In this document: piece after piece, positions 51,316 to 64,000 of the stretch
Numbering within the stretch: the stretch's first letter is position 1
Layout: the number at the start of each line of letters is the position of its first letter
Notes under the pieces: model-generated
What the model was told of the DNA's origin: nothing
Seen by the model: only the letters and a program-made list of their open reading frames with translations
The model's database searches: none
Position numbers and translations under genes: made by a program
DNA from: Somniosus microcephalus
Taxonomy: Eukaryota
Reading direction: 5' to 3'
Length of the DNA stretch: 64,000 nucleotides
Assembly: GCA_052327205.1 (NCBI GenBank)
Contig: CM126214.1
Coordinates: forward strand, 29,202,001 to 29,266,000

Positions 51316-53338
51316 CATAACATTTTTTTGTGTCTGCATGCCTCCACTAAAGTATTCCCCTGAAGAGGAGGGGGGGCGGGGGGGGGGGGGGAAAGGAGGT
51401 GATTGTGAGAAACCACAGCCTCTCAAAAGAAGTTGCTGTTTTTCATTATTCCCAGGGCGCGCACACAGAAATAGCTTAAAATATAACTCTTTGAATATCT
51501 TGTGAGCCAATTATTGACGCGCAACAATTTTCATTTAAATAGCACCTTTAACATAGTAAAACATTATGTAATTTGGGTTCTTTATATATGCAATTAGAGG
51601 TGTTTATCAACTGTGTCTGAAGGAACTGATTTCTAAGAACCAATCTAAAAACAGTTCATTATCTCTGGGGAGATCTTTCTTTAAAAACTTCACTATATCT
51701 TCCCCCCACCCAAACACTGTGCTACCATACCTAATATTTTCTACCAAACTCCAGATTCCTCTTCCATAGTGCTACCAAACCACAAGACTCCCTTCTAATG
51801 CTGTTAAACTCCAGGACCTTGTATCTGTTGTTGCAAATCCTAAATCCGCCTCTCCCTTCCAGTGCAACAAATTCTCAGAACCCCCTTCTTCCAAATTCCT
51901 GGAACTCCTCCCATATCCCCAGTGTTACGGAACACCAAGTACCTTCTTTCCACTTGGTTAGTTCTAGTCATACTAAAGATCCTGGAATTTCAAAAAGATG
52001 CATGATAAACATTGAACGCAAGGAACGTATAATAATTACGACTGCTGATTTACAACTGTCATAGTATTTCAAAATTCAATTAAAAAAAAAAAGTACAAGT
52101 TCCTGAATACAATTATACTTCGTAAGTCTGTAGCCCTGTTGTATGGCATAATTCCCAATTGTTAAACAGCATATTCTCTGATTCACTGAACCATGCCATA
52201 GGAGATTCACTATTCTGTTTTATAATTCTTGTGGGGGTGGGGGGCCTTTATTCCATTAAGTCAGTTTTGTTTTTACTGGTAGTTGCCATCATTGCCAGCC
52301 CCAGCTGTCAGTATGCTCTGTCATTGATGCTTGATGTTTACAAATGAGAGTTCATGATTGGATTGTAAGGTTTTGGCAATTGATTAAATTGGGAAATTTG
52401 GCAGTTTGTATGTGTTCAATTTCTGTGCGTGAAATAGAAAACTATAGGGTTTTTTCATTTAAAAATGAGAATTGCAGTACATTATCAGTAGTTATGACTA
52501 ATTTACTCCATTTTTAGAAGGTTTCTTCCCAATTTTGTCAGGTCATCCACAGTAAGTAATATACAGCATTGGGAGTCTCGCTGAGAGACAGTGATAAAGT
52601 GTATGGATGAAAATTCAAGCCAAGCACCCCTGCTATGCATTTGCAGGTCTCATCTTGAGATTTTAAATTTCTGGTGAGTAGGAAGCCCAAATGCTCCTAA
52701 CTAGACCTATGATCAGTACAGATCTTAAATACATTGAGAAATTAGGCTGATGCTTGAAAGAGAAATATTTCCAGCAAAGAATAGTTCAAATATATATGTT
52801 TATTATCTACATTATTTGTCATTTAAATTACTATTAGACCAATCCCTTGCTGTCTAAAAGTGCTATCATTCTGAAGTTCTGGATTATCTCAGTGAAGGTG
52901 ATGGGGTGGGAAGAATTCGAAATGCTTAATTATGTTCCATTTCCATCCCCCATTTTAAATTGTGTTTCTCCCCTCTTGTTTAGGTTGCCTGTACATCACG
53001 CACCATTCCCTGGCCAAGAAGAGAGGCAGGTGATCTGCTACCAGGCCTCTGCCAATGTAGCTCTTGAGCTGTCCACTAGGAGGTGCGTGAGAGTCCTTTT
53101 TCTTCCCCATGGGGAAGCGTGTGACACCTTCTCCTTCTCTAGCGTGATTGAGATCAGGAGATTGGTATGTGGGGGATCATGGGGCCAAACGACTAACACT
53201 GTAGAAGTTCTAGAATTTCTGGGACTGTGTAAATGTTGTTACAAATTTAATTTCCTCAATTTTCAGCTTTAATATATTTTTCCCTTGAAGTCTCCCTGTG
53301 CAGTTCACCTTTTCTGGCTGAGAAAATGTTGTGGTGTT

Positions 53339-54470
53339 CTGCTTCCAGGCCTCTGTCAATGCTGCTGTATAACCAGCTGCTTGGCGGTGTGTGAGAATAG
53401 CCTGAGAAATGGCACTTTTTTTCTCTTCCCTTCCCTTTGGTGAAGCTCCTGGCCATTACTTTGCATGGCTGTGATCAACATCTTGTTATGTGGCACATTG
53501 AGTGCTCCAAAATGTGCTATTGTGCCACGCCAGAAGGTTAATTGTTAGTGATGTCCACTAGTGTGGATTCTACATGTTCTCTTGGACTGTCATGACTGGT
53601 CCCCTAACCTAAAACTGAAAAGTAGATAATAAAAATATGATCATAACATACCATTAGATCAGCAAGTGGCTTTCAAACTAGATTGCTGTTTAGTTGACTG
53701 GTAGTGTTATCTGTGACCCTGTAGAATGATGGTTTCAGTAGCATATCTACAGTACCTGCACTTGTGTGTGTGCCATGTTAGTCAGTAGGTTTTAGTTACT
53801 TTGAAGTTAAGTTCTAAAAAAAAAATGTGGCAGTATCTTATGTAATGCAATAAGAAACACTTTTTTTTTTTGTTTGCATCACTTTAGCCCAAGTGGAAAG
53901 AAGTTCAGAAGCAAGCCACAGCTTGCGCGGTACCTGGGGAACTCTATGGATCTGAGCAGTTTCGATTTCCGAACAGGGAAAATGCTGATCAGCAAACTGA
54001 ACAAGAACAGACAGCGGCTGCGCTTCGACTCTGCCAACCAGGTCAAGGTATTTGCGATTTCGCCATTTTCACCAGTTTATTGCATTCCACAGTGATTTGA
54101 AGAATGATCCGTGTGCCCTTATCTTAATCCCCGATATTGATTTTTTATCAATTCAATTGGCTTTTATATATTTAAGATTGGAAGCAAAATGGAATCTGTT
54201 CTTTTATGCCTGTCCAAGCCCAAGTCATGTTACACATGCTCCTCAGAGTAGACTCGGTGAAATTGCTCTGTAAACCTGAGAGTCGTTTCACTTCTTTGAG
54301 CTCAGCATGCCAATGAAAGCCTTGGAGACCTGCTACCAGACCTCTACCAATGCTGACTGTATAACCAGGTGCTTGGAGGTGTGTGAGAATTACCCGAGAT
54401 ATGGAATGTTTTTCCTTCCTCCTTTTTGGTGAAGCTCCTGGCCATCACTTGGTATGGTTAAGATCGGCAA
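53339..54470 (+). repeat. Direct repeat of about 140 nt on both sides of MBD3 exon 2 (53339-53480 and 54330-54470)
   Basis: Collinear shared blocks CTGTATAACCAG, TGCTTGG, GGTGTGTGAGAAT and TTTGGTGAAGCTCCTGGCCAT. Confidence 0.85.
53888..54047 (+). CDS. MBD3: MBD3 exon 2
   Basis: (S)PSGKKFRSKPQLARYLGNSMDLSSFDFRTGKMLISKLNKNRQRLRFDSANQVK; AG at 53886-53887, GT at 54048; 160 nt. Confidence 0.94.
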
Positions 54471-56178
54471 CTTGCCAGTTTTGAAAATCGGATATCTTCA
54501 ATCGTGTGGAATCTGTTGTCACTGGTGGAAATGCTTGGGGAAACTAGAATATCAGCATGCAATGACTTTTACATAAGATAATGATTTCTTTTTCATATTA
54601 ATGTTCATTCTGTCCTTTGGGGATGAACAATATTCCTGGACTTGCACTCCTTTTAATTTCCCTCAAAATGGCCCACTTATTGCAGTATCATCCTGGCCAG
54701 CAAGGATAATCTCTCTCTCATTTTTATCTTCTGTTACCTGCCTATTTGGGTACTTTAGCTGTCACTTTAAAATTTGAATTCCAAAAGAAATTGAACTTGC
54801 AGTACTGAAATAATTAGTTGGACTGAGCATTAGAAAGTGTTATCTGACAACATACAGGATAACCCATTATTAAAAGTAGATTAGTATCTTCATTTTGTTG
54901 AAGGGATACTTCAGAACTATATTTGCAAGTCTAAACCCAAACCATACAATTTTCTTGTGTAAAAACAGAGATCACAGTTAACGATGATGTGGAGGAATTT
55001 TTGATGTTGGGCCCGGTAATTTTAACATTTTAATTGTATGCTGACCTCACTGGGCTCGTTGAAGTTGGGTAGCAGGGACGTGGTATCCATTTTAGATTGG
55101 TGCAGGATAACTACAATGGCAACACAGGTCCCAACACACGGGTGATGGGCAATGTAAAGTTACAAGAGATAAGTGTAATGTTGCAGATTTTACACATGAA
55201 TGGGTTTAGGTTCACAAGTTTTGTTGCCCTTCCATTGGATAATTTATTTCAACTATTTATATTGTGTAATATTCAGTACTTGCTGCAAATTTATAGGACA
55301 TTTGAGTGTGGTTTGTGTAACAAGAATTTTCAGTTGATATTCCTATAAGACACCACTCAAAGCATGCACAACTCACAAGGATTAAGTGAGCCAAATACTG
55401 CTCACAGCCTATTTATCTGAGGAGTGGAGGCATCACAACTGATCAGGAAGCACTCGGTCACACTTTTTTTTCCTTTTTAATTTTCTCCCCATCTCAAGAC
55501 TGTGACCATTGCTCCAGTATAATGGTGATGACTGTCAGCAGGCATTTGAAGGTGGAGGGCATCACATGAGGATGATTCTGTCTGCTCATGCATACTATGC
55601 AGCAGAGGTGACTTGGGGAGGTGGGGAGAAGGGGGGGAATTGGTGGCTGAAGTGTAAAAATAAACAAATGCAGAGCAGAACTGTCAGATTAGTTAAGAAA
55701 ATAGATGACAAACTAACTTGAGACCCCACTGAAATCAGCAGGGAATTTTCAGATTATTGGACCTTGCTCTACGCCACTGAATTCCAGGGCACTCAACAAG
55801 AAATCATTATCTGTGTGGAAAATGCAAAGCTGCTGAGCTCCCCATATGTACTGAATTGTTTGGTTAATTTAATATGGAAAAACACTGAATACAGTATTTG
55901 TCATATACCATAAACAATCATCATGTGGCAGTATAGAACTGTGCATTATAATAGTGTCTCAAAGTTTTTAATCTTGTGGTCAGATTTAACATATAAAATA
56001 TACAAGATTAAGATTTAAAGTTAATCTCTGGATTCTGATGAAATGTATTCAGTAGCACATAGTCTAAAATGCATAAAATTGTTGCTAGTTGCAGCTCGGA
56101 CATATTTATTCAGTGGTCACCTAACCCTAACTCCATTTGTTAAGTTATCCGTACTCAAGAACTGATTGATTTTTACAG

Positions 56179-56316
56179 GGCAAACCAGATCTGAACACTT
56201 CACTACCTGTTAGACAGACGGCTTCAATTTTCAAGCAACCAGTTACTAAAGTGACCAACCACCCCAACAACAAAGTAAAAATGGATCCACAGAAAGCTGT
56301 AGAACAGCCACGGCAG
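56179..56316 (+). CDS. MBD3: MBD3 exon 3
   Basis: GKPDLNTSLPVRQTASIFKQPVTKVTNHPNNKVKMDPQKAVEQPRQ; AG/GT boundaries; 138 nt. Confidence 0.93.
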
Positions 56317-56658
56317 GTAGCTGATGTTTAGTATTGTACTTGTAGATTGGCACAAATTGCAACAACTTTTGGTTTTTCTCTCTCAAATTTTATAAATATG
56401 TAATTGATATCTATATTTGTTTTTCCCCTCTTTGCCTCTCCCACCCCTCTTCCCAAAGGCACTGATGCTTGCAGGGGTGCTGTTTTAATGGCATCAGTAA
56501 TATTCTGGCACCTTGCCAAAATGAGGATTCTTCATGTGTAAATCTAGAGTGTTAGGTCATTTGATCAAGCAGGACATTGCTTCTGAGCTCAATTCTGTCC
56601 TCACCCAACCTCTGCACATGCATGCTTTTCAGCAGGCACATTGGGTAGTAATGACCTA

Positions 56659-56983
56659 CAGGAAACTTTCGATTTACCGGCACCCAAATAACCGGAAATC
56701 TCGGTTAACCGGCAAAATTCAGGAGTAGGTTCATACTTCATATTACTTGCCTTCCTCCATCTGTTGCTGTGCAAGGGTGTGGCTGCAGCTGTTGCTAAGC
56801 TACAGAGACGCTTGTAACTTGTGGCAATTGTTTTGAACCTGTTGCTAAGCAACAGGGTTTGTTGCTTTATACGGAGCTCTCAGCTCTCCGTATCTTTTAC
56901 TATAGCGCTCGGTGATCCGGAATTTTTGATGAACCGGCACCACGTCAGTCCCATCGGTGCTAGATTTAAAAAAAAGTTTCCTG
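56659..56983. mobile_element. Tc1/mariner(pogo/Tigger)-type MITE, copy 2
   Basis: TA|CAGGAAACTTT ... AAAGTTTCCTG|TA. Confidence 0.8.
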
Positions 56984-57234
56984 TATATAGTTTAGTATTG
57001 CCACATGTTTGCATTTGCTCATGGTTTGTAAACTCTTTCCATTTTTATTTGCCTTCAATTTCTGTTCAAATCTCAACTCAAATTAAACTGCTCTTGAGTT
57101 TAAGATAATCCTGCTGTGTTTCTAATTAAAATGTTTCTTCAACAAATTTATATGTAGCAAATTTGCAAAACTATTGAGTTTTTTTCCAGTTTACTCTTTG
57201 AAGTATTTACTCCTTTCCTTCACTTGTTTTTTAG

Positions 57235-57325
57235 TTATTCTGGGAGAAAAAACTTACTGGATTGAATGCCTTTGATATTGCAGAAGAAATCATCAAAACT
57301 ATGGATCTACCTAAAGGTCTGCAAG
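57235..57325 (+). CDS. MBD3: MBD3 exon 4
   Basis: LFWEKKLTGLNAFDIAEEIIKTMDLPKGLQ(G); AG/GT boundaries; 91 nt. Confidence 0.93.
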
Positions 57326-58099
57326 GTGAACACACATTTTTGTATCATTGCCTGCTTTTTTTATTTGGGGTCAGGGCAGAGATTTTTGAAAATCTTGTGG
57401 AATGATTTTGCAGTTTGTGTCTCATGGGCACAACCATCTGAAAATAATTTATCGTTTTGTGTACTAAAGTTTGGAAAGTCATAAGTTTGGAAGTTCATGC
57501 TATGCTATGTTTCTATTCCTTTAGAAATAGGCAAGCTGCTCTCAGCTTGGTTTTAGCCTTCCAACAGCTTCTCCCCAATTTTCACTGCATGCATCAAGAC
57601 TCTCTCTTTCTCTTCCCATCTCCACCTGTGCTTCTAGGAGCTTACTCTACTCTCCAAAACCCATGGCAATTCAGCACAATTAGAACTGCTCTTTGTAGCA
57701 CAGATCACCTCTGCAGACACATTTCCCTCTTCTACCTCATGACAGCAGAAAACTCAGCACGCCTGCATGACCTGGCCACCCTCTAATGAGAGGACAGGAA
57801 AAGAGTAACAACCTTACAGGTTGCTGACCCCTGCCCCCCCCTCCCCCAGTCCTCAAATAAGCTGGACAAATGAACCATGTACAGTCTGAAACAAATAATG
57901 CACAGGTTGAAACTAGAGCTGGGAAAGCGCTGGGAGATTTTCTGCTTTGTTCCCTTATGCCTCAGTGAGCAGAAATGAAAACAATATTCAAGGTGCAGCT
58001 TGACCAGAGCACTATACAGCTTCAGCATGATGGCCTTAAACTTCACTGGTTAAATGGTTCACCATCATTGGATATTGTCCTCACTTTCAAAAGCACCAT

Positions 58100-59392
58100 C
58101 ATCACCCCCTTCCTCTTTATAAAAAAAAACACTGTTGTCCCCATGCAAACTACTGCCCCATCTCCAACCTCCCTTTCCTCAAGTCCTTAAATGTATTGTT
58201 GCCTCCCAATTCCATGCCAATGTTTCCCACAACTCCCTTTGTTTGAATCTTTCCGATCAGGTTTCCACCAGTGTCACATCATTGAAATGGCTCTAACCAA
58301 AGTCAGAAATGACAATCTCTGACTGACCATGGTACATTATCCCTCTTTGTTTTCTTCAATCTCTCTACAGCCTTTGACTCCGTCAACTACATCATCACCA
58401 TCCTCCTCCAACACTTCTCCATTATCCAGCTCACTGGCACTGCCCTCTCTTGATTCCACTGCTACCTATCCATAGTAGCTAGAACATCTCCAGCAATGGC
58501 TTCTCTTCCTGCCCTCATACCGTTAGCTCGAGTCCCCCTAAGGATGTATTCATGGCTCCTTCCTCCTCTTCGTTTATATGATGCTCCTTGGTGACATCAT
58601 CTGCAGATATGGGGTCAGCTCTACCTCTCCACTGCCTCTTGACCCTCCACTGCCTCTATTGTCAGACACCAGTCTTGTCTGAGACATAGTTTCCTCCAGT
58701 TAAATATTGAGACAGAAGCCATCGTCTTCAGCTCCCATCACCAACTCTGTACCATTACCACTGTTTCTCTCCCCCTCCCAGGCTATTCTATTCGGGCTTA
58801 ACCACACGGTTTGCAACCTCTGTGTCCTATTCAACCCTGAGCTGCGCTTCTGCCCCTATATTCTCCATCACAAAGACTGCTTAATTCTCCGCCTGTCCTG
58901 GCTAGCCTCCCATCTTCCATCCTCTGTAAAATTCAGTTCATCCAAATCTCTGTTGTCCCCGTCCAATCTCGCACCAAGTCCCGCTCACCCATCACCCAGT
59001 ATTTGCTGACCTACATTGGCTGTTGGTCCCCACGCCTCAAGTTTAAAATTCTCATCCTTGTGTTCAAATCCGTACATAGCCTCATCCTACCCAGTCTCTA
59101 ACCTTCTCCAGCCCTACAATTTCCCCACCACCATCACCACTCGCCTTTTACGCATCCTCCCCTCCCTTTACTCCACCATTTGCAGTCATGCCTTCTGCAG
59201 TCTAGACCCCATGCTCTGGAATTCCCTCCTTAAACGTCGCCTCCACTCCCTTTAAATCCTCCTTAAAACTCCCCTCTTTGACCAATCTTTTGATCACCGT
59301 TTCTTATTTGGCTGAGCATCTTTTTGATTACACCTTGGTGAAATGTCTTTGGATATTTTGCTACGTTAAAGGCGCTCTATAACGAAGTTGTT
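58100..59392 (+). mobile_element. Degraded L2 fragment
   Basis: Resembles the reverse complement of the 17.6-kb and 28.1-kb L2 copies; ends gttaaaggcgctctataacgaagttgttg. Confidence 0.7.
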
Positions 59393-59399
59393 GATCTGG

Positions 59400-60000
59400 T
59401 AATATAACTCTATTCTCTTTCAAAGAGCCAGCACAAGCATAATAGGCCAAATGGCTTCTTTCTGGGCTGTATCACTCTATGATTCTGTTTTGCTTTGTTA
59501 ATTGCTGCTCTACAATGACTGGACAAGTCAGAGTTGAGTATTTTACCACTCCCAGATCTCATGATCTGTCCCATAGCTAGTTTGACACCATTGTTTAAGT
59601 GCACCCCACACTTTTTCCCTTCCATTTGAATGAATTTGCACTTGTCTGTGTTGAATTTCATCTGCCATAGTTTTGCCCACTTGCAGCATATTGTCTAGGT
59701 CCTTCTGTAATTCCTTGCCTGCTTCATTAGACTCGCCGCCCCCTTGTTTCTGAATACAAGTAATTTATCCAGACTAGGACTGCAAAGGCCTCCAGCACTG
59801 ATCCATGGGGCATTCTGCTCAGTACAACTCACCATCCCAACAATTACTTCCTGAACTAGTATCCACTGCGCTCTCTTTAGACAATTCCTTATCCATTCCC
59901 ATGTTTTACCCACTGCCGTAAACCTGTGGCACCTTATCAAATGCTTTCTAGAAGTACAAGTATACTATATCATAGAGCTTTCCAATATCTAATTAGGATG
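59400..60000 (-). mobile_element. Degraded CR1 fragment
   Basis: MKFNTDKCK and WEWIRNCL remnants plus a CR1-like tail on the minus strand. Confidence 0.6.
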
Positions 60001-60270
60001 TCACTGTCAACAAAAAAAAACCCAGGAGTTATAAATGATCTCTTCACGCATTGATCCATAAACCATTTACAAGTTAACTTTAATCATCTAAAGAAACTGG
60101 CAGTCTTGCTTCTAAAACTTTTTTTCCCCCCAAGTTATCTAAACTGGGATATCCATTACTTAAGAAAAGCAAGTGCCATAGGACGTGGGAAGATGACTTA
60201 TTGTTAACAGTCTGGTTCATGAGAAAATTGTGATTAATAACTAAAACTACTTGCATATTTTCTTTTGCAG

Positions 60271-60448
60271 GTGTGGGGCCAGGATGCACAGATGAAACTT
60301 TGTTGTCTGCTATTGCGAGTGCTTTACACACTAGTTCCAATCCAATCACTGGCCAACTCTCTGCAGCAGTGGAAAAGAATCCTGGTGTATGGCTGAATAC
60401 CTCTCAACCGCTCTGCAAAGCTTTCATGGTCACCGATGAGGACATTAG
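60271..60448 (+). CDS. MBD3: MBD3 exon 5
   Basis: (G)VGPGCTDETLLSAIASALHTSSNPITGQLSAAVEKNPGVWLNTSQPLCKAFMVTDEDI(R); 178 nt. The coiled-coil exon was not found in the window. Confidence 0.93.
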
Positions 60449-61484
60449 GTAGGAACACTAATTGTCCTGTGCTCAGTAACTATTACGTGAGGTATACTAT
60501 TAAAACATATGAAAGTATTGTGAACTGTAGCTATAATAATATTTACTGTATTGGTTTGGAAAATAATTTTCCTTGGACATCTTGGCCCCTGGCAGTGAGC
60601 AGAGACGGGATCTCACTGAAGACGAGATTTAATCTTTCAGTTGGAGTCCAATACATTTAATGGTTACCTGCTTATTGAAAGATGGTGATTGTTATAGCAG
60701 GGCGTCGAGCTTTCAGTGGTAGATACATTGATTCGTTCCTACAGGACCTCCAATAATGGAGATAATAGTACCAAATGGGAAATATTTTTGCATTGGTGGT
60801 GTTCGAAATTGGTTAGTTCTATCTCATGATGTTCCTTCAGATTCTGGAGCAACCTTCAGCATTTGACATTGGTTTAAAAATCATTTGTTATTTAGGTTTG
60901 TGTTGCTGTTATTTCTGTTTTCCAGGATACTTTTGTGTTTGAATCATTGGAGGATAACCTGTTTTATACACATTGACACTATTAGCATTGGTTTGGCTTG
61001 CGGAAGTGATTAAATGCACGCTTTTAGTTTAGTCGTGTTTGTGGCATTCTGACTCTAGTAATACTTTAGGATTGTTTGTTTTCTGTGATTCAAACACGAT
61101 AGACACTAAATGAATGGTTGAGTGCATTCAGTACAGCCACTACCTTGTAGGGGAGATTGAAGATTTTTTTACTCACTCCACAGCTGATTCATGGGCCTCA
61201 CTCACTCACATGCTAAAAATTACTTTCCAGAATTAATTGCAGAACACAATAATGCCTTTGGAAGTTCAGTCCTGACAGTTGTACAATTCCTCCATAGGGG
61301 CTTTACCATCTCTTTCTTTCCCCACACCTCACCCAGTACACTGAATGGTACAACTTTAATATGTTTTGCTGGTGTGTGAAGGAGGCTTCCATGAAGAAAG
61401 ATTGCCTACCTTGTAGGATCATACTTCTTTGAATATTATGTATTCTTCACATGTCACACTCGGACCTTTCCACCTCCACAGGTA

Positions 61485-61811
61485 CAGGAAACTTTTTTTT
61501 ATCCGGGACCAGCGTGGTGCCGGTTTATCAAAAAGTCCGGATTACAGAGAGGTATAGTAAAAGGTACGAGGGCCCCGTACATGGCCACAGAACCAGGTGT
61601 CCCTGTTGCATGGCAACAGGTGCAGGAACCCCAGCCACAGATCCAGGCGTCCCTGTTGCATAGCAACAGGTGCAGGAACCCCGGTTACACGGCCACAGAC
61701 CCAGGAACGGCCACTAATATGAAGTAAAAACTTACCTGAACCTACTCCTGAATTTTGCCGGTTAACAGAGATTTCCGGTTATTTAGGTGCTGGTAAATCG
61801 AGAGTTTCCTG
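61485..61811. mobile_element. Tc1/mariner(pogo/Tigger)-type MITE, copy 3
   Basis: TA|CAGGAAACT ... AGTTTCCTG|CA; internal tandem duplication of about 50 bp. Confidence 0.75.
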
Positions 61812-62299
61812 CACTTGGATATCTTTTTTTGATAGGGGTGTTAGAGGTGAATAGTGAGTCAATTTCAGTTTAGCTTCAGGTCAAAATGAACTGGTGCAAT
61901 TCCTGTGTCCTTGTGTAACAGAAGACCAAATGTGCACCACCCATCTGCAACATAATGACATTTTCTTGTGCATAAATCATACATGGTTTTCCCAAAAAAT
62001 TAAGTTACTAAAAGTTAGGCATACACTCTCTTCCTGTACGGGAGACTTTTAAAATCCATTAGTTCTTGGATCTTGACAAATGAAAACCTGATTTACTCGG
62101 GTTGCAATTGTTTTTTTAAAACAGTGACTAGAAAATGGGCATGCCAATTACTCTTAAATACCACGCTTGTTGTTGAGTGATTTTGAGATTCAATTGCTGA
62201 AGGGTTGGATTTGGATCCAAGAACAAGTTTGATTTAGAAACTAATTTACAATAAACTTGCTTTTGGCATTATAAAATCAATTGAAATTAGTCCCAATTC

Positions 62300-64000
62300 T
62301 AAATGAGCTATAGAAGTTTACAGCACAGAAGGGGACTCATTTGACTCTGTCTGTGCTGACTCTTTGTTAGTGCAATCTAAAACCAATCCCACTGTCCTGT
62401 TCTCGCTCCAAATATTTATCCAATTTTCTCTTTAAAAGCAACATTGGTCTCAACCACTCCCTGTGGCAATAACCCACTGTGTAAAGAAATTTCTCCCAAC
62501 CTCCTTCCTTGCATTCTTGGTGATAATTTTAAATTAATGACCCTTATCACCAACTCCCTAACAAGAGGGAATAGTCTTTCCCTATTCACTCTTATCAAAA
62601 CTCTTCATAATTTTAAAAACATCCTATTAAACCTACCATTAGCCATCTATGCTCCAGTGGAAATAGTCCCAGTATCTCAAGTTTTCTCATAACTATAGAA
62701 CCTGGCATCATCCTGATGAATGTCTGCTCTCAAGTCATAGTTTGGCATGCTCAACTCTGCACACACTACACTATCCAGTGTTTGGTATAAATTCATCAAT
62801 ACTTCTTTATTCTTGTACTTTATGCTCTTATTTATAAAAAGCCAACCATCTTTGGCTTTTTTATAACTTTACCTACCTGCACTTGTACTTTTTAAGGATT
62901 TAGTATTTGAACTCCTAGTTATCTGTTCATCCACACCCTTCAGCGTCTTTCCAGTGACTGTGTACTCCCATTTGTTTTTCGCCACATTAATTTGCATCTG
63001 ACACCTATCTGCCCATTCCACTAACCAGTCTTCTGAAGTTTCTTGCAGTCCTCACAGTTTGTCAAAGCTCCTACTTTTGTGTTGTCAGCAAATTTTGGGA
63101 TTGTGTTCCCTATACTCAAGTCCATATTATTATATTCATATAAGAAAACAAAAGCTGGCCCCTGGGGTACATGACTTCTAGTCTGAACAACATCCATTTA
63201 CCCAATTCTTTGTTTCCTGTCCATCAACCAGCTTTCTATTCGAGCTGCTACATTTTCTCCTAGACCATACGCTTCTAATAAGTTTCTTATGAGGCACCTT
63301 ATCAAAACCGTCTGAAAATCCAAATATGCTACAGGAAACTTTTGTTTAACCGGAGGTTAAATGTCCGGAAAGCTCTATCCACCGGCAAAATTCAGGAGTC
63401 GGTTCCGATAAGTTTTTTTACTTCTCGTTGCTTTTTTTCCTCCATTCGTGGCTCTGCAAGGTCTAGCTGAAGCTGTTGCTTAGCTACAGAGACGCTTGCA
63501 AGCTACGCCGACTGTTTTGAAGCTGTTGCTAAGCAACAGGGTTTGTTGCTTCACACGGAGCTCAGAAGCTCCATATGTTTTAACATTAGCGCTGGTTTCT
63601 CCGGCAGTTTTGATGGAACGGCAACAGCTCGGTCCCGTCAGTGCCGGATACCAGAAAGTTTCCTGTACATCTGCATTCCCTCTATCTGTCCAATCAAGTA
63701 ATTTTATACTTTAAAAACACTTAATTACATGACTTGCATTTCTAATTTCTTACTAATTTGATCTCGAATTATGGCTTCAAAGAGTATTCCCACACTGACA
63801 TTAGATTAACCGGTCTATAGTTTCCTGGTTTATCTTTCTCTTTGTTGGTGCAACAGTGTTACATTGGCTACTCTCCCAGCACAATTTGTATAATGCACAT
63901 TTTGTTTAATTGTGGCTAGAGCCTCAGCTAGCTCTTCTGATTTTTTTCAACACCTGAGGGTGCATGTCAACGGGTGACTTATCCACTAGAGCTGTTAATT
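62300..64000 (-). mobile_element. Degraded CR1 fragments interrupted by a TA-flanked MITE
   Basis: RVNRERLFPLV remnant; AACCGGTCTATAGTTTCC at about 63808 matches the NYRPV block of the young CR1. Confidence 0.65.
63332..63665. mobile_element. Tc1/mariner(pogo/Tigger)-type MITE, copy 4
   Basis: TA|CAGGAAACTTT ... AAAGTTTCCTG|TA. Confidence 0.8.

Noticed and set aside
51700-51960. Degenerate ~30-bp periodicity in MBD3 intron 1
   Set aside because: Too decayed to define a unit by eye; probably an old minisatellite.
41678-60448. Assignment of the MBD gene as MBD2
   Set aside because: The MERKR start, LFWEKKL and GCTDETLLSAIASALHTS motifs and linkage to UQCR11/TCF3 all favour MBD3.

Overview
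Vertebrate genomic DNA, most likely a cartilaginous fish (inferred from the repeat repertoire). The window carries the conserved TCF3-UQCR11-MBD3 block, all on the + strand. TCF3/E2A is present only at its 3' end: mutually exclusive E12 and E47 bHLH exons, the last coding exon and a 3'UTR exon. UQCR11 is complete (55 aa). MBD3 exons 1-5 are present and the last exon(s) lie beyond the window. The rest is dense with repeats: a young, 5'-truncated CR1 LINE with a nearly intact ORF2, CR1 and L2 fragments, Deu-type tRNA SINEs, three families of non-autonomous DNA transposons, and a 27-bp minisatellite grown out of an L2 fragment. The most unusual object is a pair of near-identical, inverted 5S rRNA-headed SINE-like elements that bracket UQCR11. 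No prokaryotic systems or CRISPR arrays are present. Family names rest on recalled consensus sequences, not on searches.
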